Positions 36,506 through 45,543 of a stretch of DNA of 60,144 nucleotides are shown piece after piece. Position 1 is the first letter of the stretch. Each line of letters begins with the position of its first letter. Below the pieces are notes generated by a model. The model was not told the DNA's origin. It searched no databases and was given only the letters and a program-made list of their open reading frames with translations. Origin of the DNA: Candidatus Methylomirabilota bacterium (lineage in GTDB: Bacteria; Methylomirabilota; Methylomirabilia; Rokubacteriales; CSP1-6); assembly GCA_036002345.1 (NCBI GenBank), contig DASYTM010000034.1, positions 1-60,144 on the forward strand, read 5' to 3'. The position numbers were made by a program, and so were the translations under genes.

Positions 36506-37957
36506 ATGACCGCCGACACCCGCATCATCGTGCTCGCCCTCGTCGTGATCTCTGTCGCCGCCGTTCCCGCCTCGTCGCAGACGCCGCCGCGCGGCCACGG
36601 CGCCGAGGCGCGGGACATGGAGCTGGTCGGCCACGACGATCTCCAGGGCCGCTCGGCGTACCAGCCGACGATCCATCAGCAGCGCGGGCGGTGGATCGCC
36701 TACGTCGGCCATCACGGCGGACGCGCGCGCAGCCCGCTCACCGCCGTCGAGGAGGACAACGGCACGTCGGTGGTCGACGTCACCGATCCGGCCCGGCCGA
36801 AGTATCTGGCCCATATCCCCGGCCCCGCCGGCGGCTCCGAGCAGGGCGGCGCGCAGATGGCGCGCGCGTGCGAGCGCAACGGACGGACGTACCTGCTGCG
36901 CACCTATGGCAACGCCATCCCGAGCTCCGGCCACGAGGTGTGGGACGTCACGGATCCGGCGAAGCCGTCGAAGGCGAGCACGGTCGTCACCGGGCTCACC
37001 TCGACGCACAAGAGCTGGTGGGAGTGCGACACCGGAATCGCCTACCTGGTCTCGGGCGACCTCGTGAAGAAGGAGCCGCTGCAGCTCGGCCCGTCGGGCT
37101 GGCGCACGTGGCGCATGACGAAGATCTACGATCTCAGCGATCCTGCGAAGCCCGTGTTCATCCGCGACTTCGGGCTGGCCGGTCAGGAGCCCGGCTCGAC
37201 GGGGCCGATCACGGTCGCTCACGGTGTGCACGGGCCGATCGTCCTCGGCAACCGCGTGTACTTCGCCCACGGCACCAGCGGCGAGGGCTTGCTCCAGATC
37301 GTCGACCGCCAGAAGCTCCTGAGCGGGCCCAAGGAGCCGACGCCGGCCAACCTCAACGCGCCGGAGATCAGCCGGCTGTGGATGTCGCCGAACTGGGGCG
37401 GCCACACCTCGTTCCCGATGCTGGGCGTGCCGATCGCCGACTGGGCGCCCAACGCCAAGGACCGCGTGCGCGACTTCGTCTTCCTCGTCTCGGAGTCCAT
37501 CGCCAACGAGTGCCGCGAGACACGACACGCGTCCTTCGTGATCGACATCACTGCGGAGACGCGGCCGTTCGGGGTGGCGACGTACCAGGTGCCCGAGTCG
37601 AAGGGCCGGTTCTGCAGCCGCGGCGGCCGCTTCGGCCCGCACTCGAGCAGCGAGTCGTTCGCGCCGATCTTCTACAAGAAGCTCGTCTTCGTCGCCTACT
37701 TCAACGCCGGCGTGCGGGCGGTGGACGTGCGCGATCCGTACGCGCCCCGCGAGGCCGCCTTCTACATCCCCGCCACCACCGAGCGGACGGCCGAGCGCTG
37801 CGTGACCAACGGCACGCGCCGGTGCAAGATCGCGATCCAGACCAACAACGTGGAGGCCGACGAGCGCGGCTTCGTCTACCTGGCCGATCGGGCAAACACC
37901 GGCCTGCACATCGTCCGGCTCACCGGCGAGGCGGCCCGCATCGCGGGCGGGAACTGA
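36506..37957 (+). CDS. Secreted LVIVD-repeat-like beta-propeller protein
   Basis: Signal peptide. Recurrent V-x-D-V/L-x-DP-x-x-P units (VVDVTDPARP, VWDVTDPAKP, IYDLSDPAKP, AVDVRDPYAP). GGAGGAAGG SD. Confidence 0.7.
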   Translation: MTADTRIIVLALVVISVAAVPASSQTPPRGHGAEARDMELVGHDDLQGRSAYQPTIHQQRGRWIAYVGHHGGRARSPLTAVEEDNGTSVVDVTDPARPKYLAHIPGPAGGSEQGGAQMARACERNGRTYLLRTYGNAIPSSGHEVWDVTDPAKPSKASTVVTGLTSTHKSWWECDTGIAYLVSGDLVKKEPLQLGPSGWRTWRMTKIYDLSDPAKPVFIRDFGLAGQEPGSTGPITVAHGVHGPIVLGNRVYFAHGTSGEGLLQIVDRQKLLSGPKEPTPANLNAPEISRLWMSPNWGGHTSFPMLGVPIADWAPNAKDRVRDFVFLVSESIANECRETRHASFVIDITAETRPFGVATYQVPESKGRFCSRGGRFGPHSSSESFAPIFYKKLVFVAYFNAGVRAVDVRDPYAPREAAFYIPATTERTAERCVTNGTRRCKIAIQTNNVEADERGFVYLADRANTGLHIVRLTGEAARIAGGN

Positions 37958-37959
37958 GC

Positions 37960-38403
37960 ATGCAGGTGCTCGCCTTCGCCCTCGCGTTCCTGGCCGGCGC
38001 CCTCGTCGCGATCCAGATCGGCAGCAATACGCGGCTGAAGGAAGCCGCCGGCGAGCCGTTGCCGGCGCTCATCATCAGCTCGTCCATCGGCGTGGTCGCC
38101 CTGGCCGTCGCACTGCTCGTGAGCCGCGAGCCCTGGCCGCCCCTGGCCAAGCTGGGCGCGGCGCCGCTCTCGGCCTGGCTCGGCGGGCTCCTCGGCGCCG
38201 GCTACGCCGTGGTGACCGTGGTCCTCGCGCGCCACCTCGGCGCCGCCACGCTCGTCGCGCTGGTCGTGACCGGCCAGCTCGTCTGCTCGGTCCTGCTCGA
38301 TCACTTCGCCGTCATCGGCTTCGAGGCCCGGCCCGCCACCTTCGGGCGGATGGCGGGCGGCGCGCTGCTCCTCGGCGGCGTGTTCCTGATCTGGAAGTTC
38401 TAG
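37960..38403 (+). CDS. DMT-superfamily small membrane protein (DUF606/YdcZ-like)
   Basis: 147 aa from the ATG at 37960, 5 TM helices (MQVLAFALAFLAGALVAIQIGSNTRL...). Confidence 0.75.
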   Translation: MQVLAFALAFLAGALVAIQIGSNTRLKEAAGEPLPALIISSSIGVVALAVALLVSREPWPPLAKLGAAPLSAWLGGLLGAGYAVVTVVLARHLGAATLVALVVTGQLVCSVLLDHFAVIGFEARPATFGRMAGGALLLGGVFLIWKF

Positions 38404-38417
38404 CAGGAGGACAACCC

Positions 38418-39614
38418 ATGGCGCGCAACGGCTATCGGATCTTCGACGCCGACACCCACGTCATCGAGCCCGTGGAGCCGATCGAGGCGTACCTGGCCGC
38501 CGCCGACCGGAAGCGCCTGGACGCGCAGGGCGCGGCCGTCGAGCGCGCGCCGGCCAAGGCCGGCATGTCGCGCTACGTGATCGGCAAGCGCCCCAAGCTC
38601 AACCGCAAGCTCGGCACGCGCGACCGCGTCGATCCGCCCGCGTCGGCGGCACGCGGCGGCACGCCCTGGGACGTGCGCTGGCAGGGGCCGCCCTTCCCGA
38701 GCGAGCAGGTGAGCGTCGATTCACACGCGCGCGTGCGCGACATGGACGTCGAGGGCATCGACGCCAACATGATCCTGCCCTCGGGCGGCGTGCCGGCCTT
38801 CGCGGGGCTCGAGGACGTCGCCCTCGAGACCGCGATGTACCAGGCCTACAACCGCTGGCTCGGCGACTACTGCAAGCCCTACCCCGATCGCCTCACCGGC
38901 GTGATGCTCGTCTCCGCGCGCGACGCTTCCGCTGCCGTCGCCGAGATCAAGCGCTGCAGCCGCGAGGCCTGGCCCGTCGGCATCTTTCCGATCTGCCCGC
39001 CGGAGATGTCGCTGGACGAGCCGGCGTGGGAGCCGATCTGGGCCGCCGCGCAGGAGCACGATCTCACCGTCGTCATCCACTCGTTCACGATGACGATCCC
39101 CTACCCGCCCGGCTGCTGGGACACATGGGACAACGTCTTCCTGCAGCGCGCCGCCGGCCACGTCTGGAACGCCCAGCGCAACCTGGCGGCGCTCATCGGC
39201 GCCGGCGTGCTCGACCGCTACCCGGAGCTGCGGCTGACCTCGCTCGAGTGCGGTCACGGCTGGCTTCCCTCGTGGGCCGCGCGGCTCGACGAGCTCGCCG
39301 AGATGGCGCGCCACGTGCTGCCGTCGCTCAAGCAGCGGCCGAGCGACTACATCTGCGGCCCGCAGTACTATCAGTCCATCCAGATCTACGAGGGCGAGCA
39401 GTCGCTGCTGCACGCCTTCGAGGCGCTCAACGACGAGACGCTGATGTTCGCCACCGACTATCCGCACTCGGAGAGCTGGTTCCCGAAGTCGGCGGAGATC
39501 GTGCTGGGCTGGAAGTCGCTACCCGAAGCGTCTCGGCGCAAGCTGCTCTGGGACAACGCGCTGCACTGCTACCGGCGCTACGTCGGGCGCGCGGCCGTCA
39601 CACCCGCTACGTAG
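38418..39614 (+). CDS. Amidohydrolase_2 family protein
   Basis: 398 aa. RIFDADTHVIEP, YNRWLGDYC and FATDYPHSES. AGGAGG SD. Confidence 0.85.
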   Translation: MARNGYRIFDADTHVIEPVEPIEAYLAAADRKRLDAQGAAVERAPAKAGMSRYVIGKRPKLNRKLGTRDRVDPPASAARGGTPWDVRWQGPPFPSEQVSVDSHARVRDMDVEGIDANMILPSGGVPAFAGLEDVALETAMYQAYNRWLGDYCKPYPDRLTGVMLVSARDASAAVAEIKRCSREAWPVGIFPICPPEMSLDEPAWEPIWAAAQEHDLTVVIHSFTMTIPYPPGCWDTWDNVFLQRAAGHVWNAQRNLAALIGAGVLDRYPELRLTSLECGHGWLPSWAARLDELAEMARHVLPSLKQRPSDYICGPQYYQSIQIYEGEQSLLHAFEALNDETLMFATDYPHSESWFPKSAEIVLGWKSLPEASRRKLLWDNALHCYRRYVGRAAVTPAT

Positions 39615-39635
39615 GTCAGCGGTCGCGCCACGTAG

Positions 39636-39701
39636 CTGAGCCTGCAGCTTCAGGCGCTCCGCGACCTCGTCATCGAGATCGTGAATCGTAACGATCGCCA
39701 T
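39636..39701 (-). pseudogene. Relic of a ribbon-helix-helix (FitA/VapB-like) antitoxin N-terminus
   Basis: MAIVTIHDLDDEVAERLKLQAQLRG matches the beta-strand plus helix-1 pattern of RHH antitoxins (M-x-x-L-T-I-R-x-L-D-D-E-x-x-x-R-L-R). The remainder of the 60-aa ORF runs antisense into the amidohydrolase gene and loses the pattern. No cognate toxin gene. Confidence 0.3.
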
Positions 39702-39725
39702 GGCTTCGATCCTATCCGGTCGCTG

Positions 39726-41468
39726 TCATAGCCGAGTCATCACGTCCACCAGCGCGGGGCGCCCGTCCTTGACGACGGCGAGCGCGCGGCGCAGCGCGGG
39801 GCCGACGGCCTCCGCGGTCTCGATCGGGCCCTCGGCGTGGACGCCGAAGCCTTCCGCGAGACGCGCAAAGTCGGGCGCGGGGTCGTCGATGCGGATGCCG
39901 ACGACCTTGTTCTCGACGGGCCGGCCGCGCGCCTTCGCCACGACCTCCTGATGGTCCTCGTCGTTGCCGTACGTGCGGTTGTTGAACGTGATCGTGAGCA
40001 GCGGCAGCCGGTGGTGGGCCGCGGTGTAGAGCGCGCTCGGCACGTAGAGGAGATCGCCGTCCGACTGGAGGTTGACGCAGATCTTCTTGGAGCCGCGATG
40101 CGCGAGCGTGACGCCGAGCGCGGCGGGCAGGCCGTAGCCGAGCCCGGCGCCGCCGCTGCCGCCGTACGCGCGCCCGGGCTGCCAGTCCCACACGCGCCGC
40201 GCCCAGCCCTTCGCGGTGCCGTTGGCGAGCACCCAGTCCTCGTCCTTGATCACGTCCCAGATCGCGGCGGCAAACGCGGAGGGCGCCAGCGGCGAGAGCC
40301 CACGCTCGAGCTTCGCGGTGGCCTGCCACTCCGCGCGCAGCGCGGCGTGCCGCGCGGCGATGCGCTCGACGCGCTGGCGGCGCTCGGCTGCGCGCGTGTC
40401 GCGCTTGAGGCGATCCTCGACGGCGGCGAGCAGCGCGGGGAGGACCACCCCGGCGTCGGCGGCGATGGGCAGGTCCACGGGCACGAGCGACTGGTAGGTG
40501 TGCGCCCAGGAACGGATCGCGTAGTCGTCCAGCGAGATCGCGATGACGCGCGCCGCCTCGTTGTAGAGCCGCACCGCGCGCGTGGCGCGATCGGTCTGGC
40601 CCAGCGCGCCCAGGAAGTTGGTGACGTCCAGCGCCAGCACGACGTCGGCGTCGGCCACGACCTCCGTGTGGGCGCCCGTCATGTCGAGCGGGTGGGCGCT
40701 CGGCACGCTCGGCCGCCCCTCGGACTCGCTGGCCAGATCCACCATCGGCGCGGCCAGCCGCTCGGCGAGACGGCAGAGCACCGGCGTCGCCTCGGGACGG
40801 CGGCCGAGCGACTCCACGACGATCATCGGGAAGCGCGCCTCGACGAGCCGGCGCGCGGCCTCGTCGATCGCGCGCGGATCGGCGTGCGGCGGTGGGGCGG
40901 GCTGAAAGCGCGCGACGTCCGGCACCGGCACGGGCCGCTCCAGCGCCTCCTCCTGCAGCCCCGCGTCGAGGCACAGGTACACGGGGCCGAGCGGCTCCGT
41001 GCGCGCCACGCGCCACGCGCGCAGGAAAGCCTCGGGGATGGCGGCCACGCTCGCAGGCTGGTCGTCGAGCTTCACGTAGTCGCGCACCTGCGTGCCCTGC
41101 ACGAGCGCGGTGTGGATCCAGTCGATCCACGGCCGCCGGCGCGCGGTGTCCATGGGCCCGGTGGCGCCGAGCACGAGGATCGGCGCGCGGTCGCAGAACG
41201 CGTTGAAGATCGCCATGCTCGCGTGCTGCAGCCCGACGATGTCGTGCACGGCGGCGGCCATCGGCGCGCCCTTGGCCTTGGCGTAGCCATGGGCAAGGGC
41301 GACCGCGATCTCCTCGTGCAGCGTGAGGATCAGCTCGGGATCGCCCTTGCCGTAGTTGACGAGCGAGTCGTGCAGGCCCCGGTAGGTCGCGCCCGGATTG
41401 ATGGCGACGTGCGAGATGCCCACGGCGCGTAGGAGATCGACGACGAGGTCGGAGCCGTAGGTGGTCAT
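39726..41468 (-). CDS. Thiamine pyrophosphate-binding enzyme (acetolactate synthase/benzoylformate decarboxylase-like)
   Basis: 580 aa from the ATG at 41468. N-terminal Pyr domain (GSDLVVDLLRAVGISHVAINPG) and TPP motif GGAGLGYGLPAALG...QSDGDLLY...NN. ATGA overlap with the upstream hydrolase. Confidence 0.9.
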   Translation of the reverse strand: MTTYGSDLVVDLLRAVGISHVAINPGATYRGLHDSLVNYGKGDPELILTLHEEIAVALAHGYAKAKGAPMAAAVHDIVGLQHASMAIFNAFCDRAPILVLGATGPMDTARRRPWIDWIHTALVQGTQVRDYVKLDDQPASVAAIPEAFLRAWRVARTEPLGPVYLCLDAGLQEEALERPVPVPDVARFQPAPPPHADPRAIDEAARRLVEARFPMIVVESLGRRPEATPVLCRLAERLAAPMVDLASESEGRPSVPSAHPLDMTGAHTEVVADADVVLALDVTNFLGALGQTDRATRAVRLYNEAARVIAISLDDYAIRSWAHTYQSLVPVDLPIAADAGVVLPALLAAVEDRLKRDTRAAERRQRVERIAARHAALRAEWQATAKLERGLSPLAPSAFAAAIWDVIKDEDWVLANGTAKGWARRVWDWQPGRAYGGSGGAGLGYGLPAALGVTLAHRGSKKICVNLQSDGDLLYVPSALYTAAHHRLPLLTITFNNRTYGNDEDHQEVVAKARGRPVENKVVGIRIDDPAPDFARLAEGFGVHAEGPIETAEAVGPALRRALAVVKDGRPALVDVMTRL

Positions 41469-42256
41469 CGCAGGCCCTCGAGGAAGGTACGCCACGCGCC
41501 CCAGTACTCCGACCACGAGGCCTGCATGTCGTAGTGGCGGGCGCCCCGGATCGTGAAGAACGTCTTCGGCTCCGGCGCGGCGGCGAAGAGCGCCCGCCCC
41601 TGCGCGAAGGGGATCGTCTCGTCGGCGTCGCTGTGGAGCACCAGCAGCGGCGCGCGCATCTTCGGGATCTTGCCCAGCGAGTCCCAGCGCGTGCTGAAGA
41701 GATAGCCCGCGCCGGGCAGCACGGAGTTGCCCATCGCCCGCACGGAGGCGAACGGCGATTCCAGCACCACGCCGCGCGGGGGATGGGCGAGCGCCAGGTC
41801 CACGGTGACGGCGGCGCCGAGCGAGCGGCCGTAGTAGACGATGTGCTCGGGGGCCACCCCCTCGCGGAGCAGCGCGGCGCGCGCGCCCTGCGCGTCGGCG
41901 ACGAGCCCGGCCTCCGACGGCGTGCCCTCGCTGCGCCCGTAGCCGCGGTAGTCGTATATGAAGACGCCGACGCCGAGCTGATCGGCGAGCATCCGCGTGA
42001 TGGTGATGCGCCCGGCCATGTTGCCGCCGTTGCCGTGCGAGTAGAGCAGGGTGATCGGGGTGCGGCCGGGGACCAGCCAGCCGTAGAGCTTTACGCCGTC
42101 CGCCGCCGTGAAGGCGACCTCGCGGAAGCGCAAGCCGGCGCCGGCGGGATCGGCGTCGAGCGCGCGCGACGGGAAGTAGATGAAGGAGCTCTCCACCGAT
42201 TCCCGACACCCCGCGACCACGAGGGTCAGGGCCACCAGGCCAAGCCACCGCGCCAT
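41465..42256 (-). CDS. Alpha/beta hydrolase lipoprotein
   Basis: 263 aa. Lipobox LVVAGC, HGNGGN, nucleophile elbow GRSLG, and a C-terminal D/H (HSDADETIP...ARH). Confidence 0.85.
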   Translation of the reverse strand: MARWLGLVALTLVVAGCRESVESSFIYFPSRALDADPAGAGLRFREVAFTAADGVKLYGWLVPGRTPITLLYSHGNGGNMAGRITITRMLADQLGVGVFIYDYRGYGRSEGTPSEAGLVADAQGARAALLREGVAPEHIVYYGRSLGAAVTVDLALAHPPRGVVLESPFASVRAMGNSVLPGAGYLFSTRWDSLGKIPKMRAPLLVLHSDADETIPFAQGRALFAAAPEPKTFFTIRGARHYDMQASWSEYWGAWRTFLEGLR

Positions 42257-42264
42257 GGCCCGCG

Positions 42265-42270
42265 ATTGTA
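42265..42270 (-). promoter_or_regulatory. -10-like TACAAT, 8 nt upstream of ATG 42256 (leaderless candidate)
   Basis: Minus strand reads TACAATCGCGGGCC-ATG. No SD. Confidence 0.4.
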
Positions 42271-42274
42271 TACT
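42269..42274 (+). promoter_or_regulatory. -10-like TATACT for the phthalate-family oxygenase gene
   Basis: Overlaps the opposite-strand TACAAT by 2 nt. GAAGGAG SD at 42301 and ATG at 42314. Confidence 0.35.
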
Positions 42275-42313
42275 GCCCTCACTCGACCTCAGCGCGGCGA
42301 GAAGGAGCCAGGC

Positions 42314-43591
42314 ATGCTCTCACGCGAAGACAACGAGCTCTTGACCCGGGTCGGCCGCGGCACCCCCATGGGCACCACGATGCGGCGCTACTGGATCCCC
42401 GCGCTCCTGGCCTGGGAGCTGCCGTCGCCCGATTGCCCGCCCGTACGGGTCAAGCTGCTCGGCGAGGAGCTCGTCGCCTTCCGCGACACGCAAAATCGCA
42501 TCGGGCTCTTCGACGAGTACTGCCCGCATCGGCGCGCGTCGCTCTTCTTCGGCCGCAACGAGGAGTGCGGGCTGCGCTGCGTCTACCACGGCTGGAAGTT
42601 CGATGTCGAAGGCCGCTGCGTGGACATGATGAACGAGCCCGAGAGCCTGCAGTTCAAGAACAAGGTGTTCGCGCCGGCCTATCCCACCGTCGAGGTGGGC
42701 GGCGTCATCTGGGCGTACCTCGGCCCGCCCGAGCTCCGGCCGCCGCTGCCGAACTTCGCCTGGACGCAGGCGCCGGAAACGCACCGCCACGTCTCGAAGG
42801 TCGTCCAGGAAAGCAACTGGCTGCAGGGGGTGGAGGGCGGCGTCGACACCTCGCACGCGCCGATCATGCACCGCGTCTTCAACCCCGACTCCAAGCGTCC
42901 CGGCTTCAAGCCCACGCACGCCTTCGTGCGCAGCAAGGCGCCCACGCTCGTCGTCGACGTCACCGACTACGGCTACCAGTACGCGAGCCTGCGGCCGCTC
43001 GAGGAGACGAGCCTGCACGTCCGCACCTACCACTTCATCCTGCCCTTCCACCAGATCCGTCCGTCGCAGTCGTGGGGCGGGTCCGCCACGGTGTGCGGGC
43101 ACATGTGGGTGCCGATGGACGACGAGACCACGATGGTCTTCAACTGGGACTGCAGCGAGCGTGAGCCGCTGACGGACGAGGACCGCCTGGAGCGGCGGCT
43201 CGGCAACGGGCCGCTCGACGTGGACCAGGTCACGTTCGTGTCCCATCGGAACAAGCGGAACAACTACCTGCTCGATCGCCAGGTCCAGAAGACCGAAACG
43301 TTCACCGGGATCGACGGCGTCAACGTGCAGGACCGCGCCATCCAGGAGGGCATGGGGCGCATCGTCGACCGCAGCAAGGAGCACCTCGGGCCCGCCGACA
43401 AGGCCGTGATCCAGGCGCGCCGGCTCCTGCTGCAGGCCGTGAAGACGGTGGGCGAGGGCGGCACGCCGCGCGGCGTGGCCGGCACGTATTACGCGCTGCG
43501 CGCCGCCGAGGGCGTGGTGCCGAAGGACGCCGACTGGCGCGCGGCCCTCACGCCGGAGATGGCCGGTACGCACATCGAGCAGACCGTCTAG
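42314..43591 (+). CDS. Rieske [2Fe-2S] non-haem iron oxygenase, phthalate-family (single-subunit) type
   Basis: ATG at 42314 after GAAGGAG. Rieske motif CPHRRASL...CVYHGWKF. Confidence 0.9.
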   Translation: MLSREDNELLTRVGRGTPMGTTMRRYWIPALLAWELPSPDCPPVRVKLLGEELVAFRDTQNRIGLFDEYCPHRRASLFFGRNEECGLRCVYHGWKFDVEGRCVDMMNEPESLQFKNKVFAPAYPTVEVGGVIWAYLGPPELRPPLPNFAWTQAPETHRHVSKVVQESNWLQGVEGGVDTSHAPIMHRVFNPDSKRPGFKPTHAFVRSKAPTLVVDVTDYGYQYASLRPLEETSLHVRTYHFILPFHQIRPSQSWGGSATVCGHMWVPMDDETTMVFNWDCSEREPLTDEDRLERRLGNGPLDVDQVTFVSHRNKRNNYLLDRQVQKTETFTGIDGVNVQDRAIQEGMGRIVDRSKEHLGPADKAVIQARRLLLQAVKTVGEGGTPRGVAGTYYALRAAEGVVPKDADWRAALTPEMAGTHIEQTV

Positions 43592-43633
43592 CTGTCTTCA
43601 AGTTGATACAGCGGTGAGTGAGTCGCTCCGTGT

Positions 43634-43639
43634 TAACGT
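43634..43639 (+). promoter_or_regulatory. -10-like TAACGT, 7 nt upstream of ATG 43647 (leaderless candidate)
   Basis: TAACGTCGGGGCG-ATG. Confidence 0.25.
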
Positions 43640-43646
43640 CGGGGCG

Positions 43647-44006
43647 ATGGGGACGTTCTTCTCAGAAGTTCTTCTCGCATCGCCGGCCCGGCCCGAGCGT
43701 CGCGAGCCCGTCAAATTGCTCGTCGACAGCGGCTCGATGTACACATGGATTTCGGCGACGCTGCTGCGCGATCTCGGTCTTCAGCCGACCGAGCGCCGGC
43801 GCATCCTCACGATCGAAGGACGCGCGACCGAACGCGGCGCGGCCGAGATCCTGATCACGCTCGACGGCCGCACGCTCCACACGCTTTGCGTATTCGGCGA
43901 GCCCAACGACCTCGAGGTACTGGGCGCCTACACGCTCGAAGGCTTCGGCCTGGGCATCGATCCGGTTCAGCGGCGGCTGATTCCCGCCATCCTCTACGGC
44001 GCGTAG
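43647..44006 (+). CDS. Retropepsin-like (clan AA) aspartic peptidase domain protein
   Basis: About 120 aa. LLVDSGSMYTWI active-site D-S-G motif and LGAYTLEGFGLGIDP tail. Visibly lower GC than its neighbours. The alternative GTG at 43614 is not excluded. Confidence 0.65.
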   Translation: MGTFFSEVLLASPARPERREPVKLLVDSGSMYTWISATLLRDLGLQPTERRRILTIEGRATERGAAEILITLDGRTLHTLCVFGEPNDLEVLGAYTLEGFGLGIDPVQRRLIPAILYGA

Positions 44007-44007
44007 C

Positions 44008-44898
44008 TCAGCCCTTCACCTGTACACCCGCCAGACGCTCCAGCACCTTGATGACTGACAGCCCGTCTTCCTTGTTGAGCCCGGCCGCGCGCGCCATCTG
44101 GTAGATCTGCTGCGTGACGTTGGCGAGCAGCAGCGGCACGCCGAGCTGCTTGGCGAAGCCCGTCTCCAGCTCCTGGTCCTTGTAGGTGATGTCCACGGTG
44201 CCGCCGGGTGAGAAGTCGCGCGCCAGGATCTTCGGCACGCCCGCCTCGAACGCGTAGCTCGTGCCGGTGCTGACGCGCACCACGTCGTAGATCGTCTTCG
44301 GATCCAGGCCGGCCTTCACGCCCAGCACGAGCGCCTCGGCCACCGCCACGCGGTTGACCTGGATCAGCATGTTGTTGACGAGCTTCATCGCCAACCCCTG
44401 CCCCAGTCCGCCGACGTGGAAGATCTTCGTGCCCATCGCGCCGAAGAGGTCGCGGCACTTGTCGAACGTGGCCGCCTCCCCGCCGCCGATGATCGACAGC
44501 TCGCCCGACTGCGCCCGCTCGGTGCCGCCGCTCACCGGCGCGTCGAGCGTGGCCACGCCCTTGGCCGCGAGCTCACCGGCCAGGCGCCGCAGCACGAACG
44601 GGTCGATCGTGCTCATGCAGATCACGATGTGGCCGCGCGGCGCGCTCTTGATCAACCCCCGCTCGCCCGCGACGACCGATTCCACCTGCGCGGTGGTCTC
44701 CACGATGACGATCGTGCGCTCGGTCTGGGCGGCGACGTCTTCCGCCGAACCGGCGACCTTCGCGCCGGCATCGCCGAGCCGTTTGGCCTTCGCCGGGTCG
44801 ATGTCGTTGACGACGAGGGCGAAGCCCTTCTTGACGAGGTTGAGCGCCATCGGGCCGCCCATGTTGCCGAGACCGATGAATCCGACGGATCCAGCCAT
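44008..44898 (-). CDS. NAD(P)-dependent beta-hydroxyacid dehydrogenase (3-hydroxyisobutyrate dehydrogenase family)
   Basis: 296 aa. VGFIGLGNMGGPMALNL Rossmann motif. GGAGGA SD. Confidence 0.9.
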   Translation of the reverse strand: MAGSVGFIGLGNMGGPMALNLVKKGFALVVNDIDPAKAKRLGDAGAKVAGSAEDVAAQTERTIVIVETTAQVESVVAGERGLIKSAPRGHIVICMSTIDPFVLRRLAGELAAKGVATLDAPVSGGTERAQSGELSIIGGGEAATFDKCRDLFGAMGTKIFHVGGLGQGLAMKLVNNMLIQVNRVAVAEALVLGVKAGLDPKTIYDVVRVSTGTSYAFEAGVPKILARDFSPGGTVDITYKDQELETGFAKQLGVPLLLANVTQQIYQMARAAGLNKEDGLSVIKVLERLAGVQVKG

Positions 44899-44925
44899 GT
44901 CAGTCCTCCAAAGCGATCGGCCCGG

Positions 44926-45540
44926 CTAGGCCGGACCGTCGGGCGGAACGGGCGTCAACTCGGCGTCCCCATCGAGGTGAAGGATGCAGTTCAGGAGCGT
45001 GACGCGCCACGGCGCCGGACACTCGACCATCGTCAGCGACGTGTTGTCCCAGCGGTCGGGCACCGTCATGTCCGCTCCGAGTACCAGATGTCTCGCGGCG
45101 AGCGAGCGGCACACCAGCCCATGCGTGATCACGGCGAGGTTGCCGTTCGTGCCCGAGGCCAGCGCCTGGATGTTCTCCCAAGCGCCGTCCACCCGGGCGT
45201 GGAACGCCGGCCAGGTTTCGCCGTTCGGCGGCGCGTAGTCGGGCGCGAACATGTCGAAGCCGAGGTCGGAATACGGCGTGCCCCGGATGTCGCCGAAGTT
45301 GCGCTCGTGGAGGAGCGGATCGAACGTCACCGGCGCGCCCGTCGCGCGCTGGACGACGCGCGCGGTCATCGCCGCGCGCGGGAGATCGCTCGAGAGGATG
45401 TGGGCGACGCCCTCGCCGGCCAGCCGACGGCCGAGGCGCTCGGCCTGGGCGAGACCGCGCGGCGAGAGCGGGATCTCGGGGACCTGGACGATGCGCGCGG
45501 CGTTACCGGCCGTCTCGCCGTGCCGGACGAGGAAGATCAT
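44926..45540 (-). CDS. Histidine phosphatase (phosphoglycerate mutase) family protein
   Basis: 204 aa. MIFLVRHGETAGN catalytic RHG motif and a downstream ITHG motif. Confidence 0.85.
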   Translation of the reverse strand: MIFLVRHGETAGNAARIVQVPEIPLSPRGLAQAERLGRRLAGEGVAHILSSDLPRAAMTARVVQRATGAPVTFDPLLHERNFGDIRGTPYSDLGFDMFAPDYAPPNGETWPAFHARVDGAWENIQALASGTNGNLAVITHGLVCRSLAARHLVLGADMTVPDRWDNTSLTMVECPAPWRVTLLNCILHLDGDAELTPVPPDGPA

Positions 45541-45543
45541 GGG

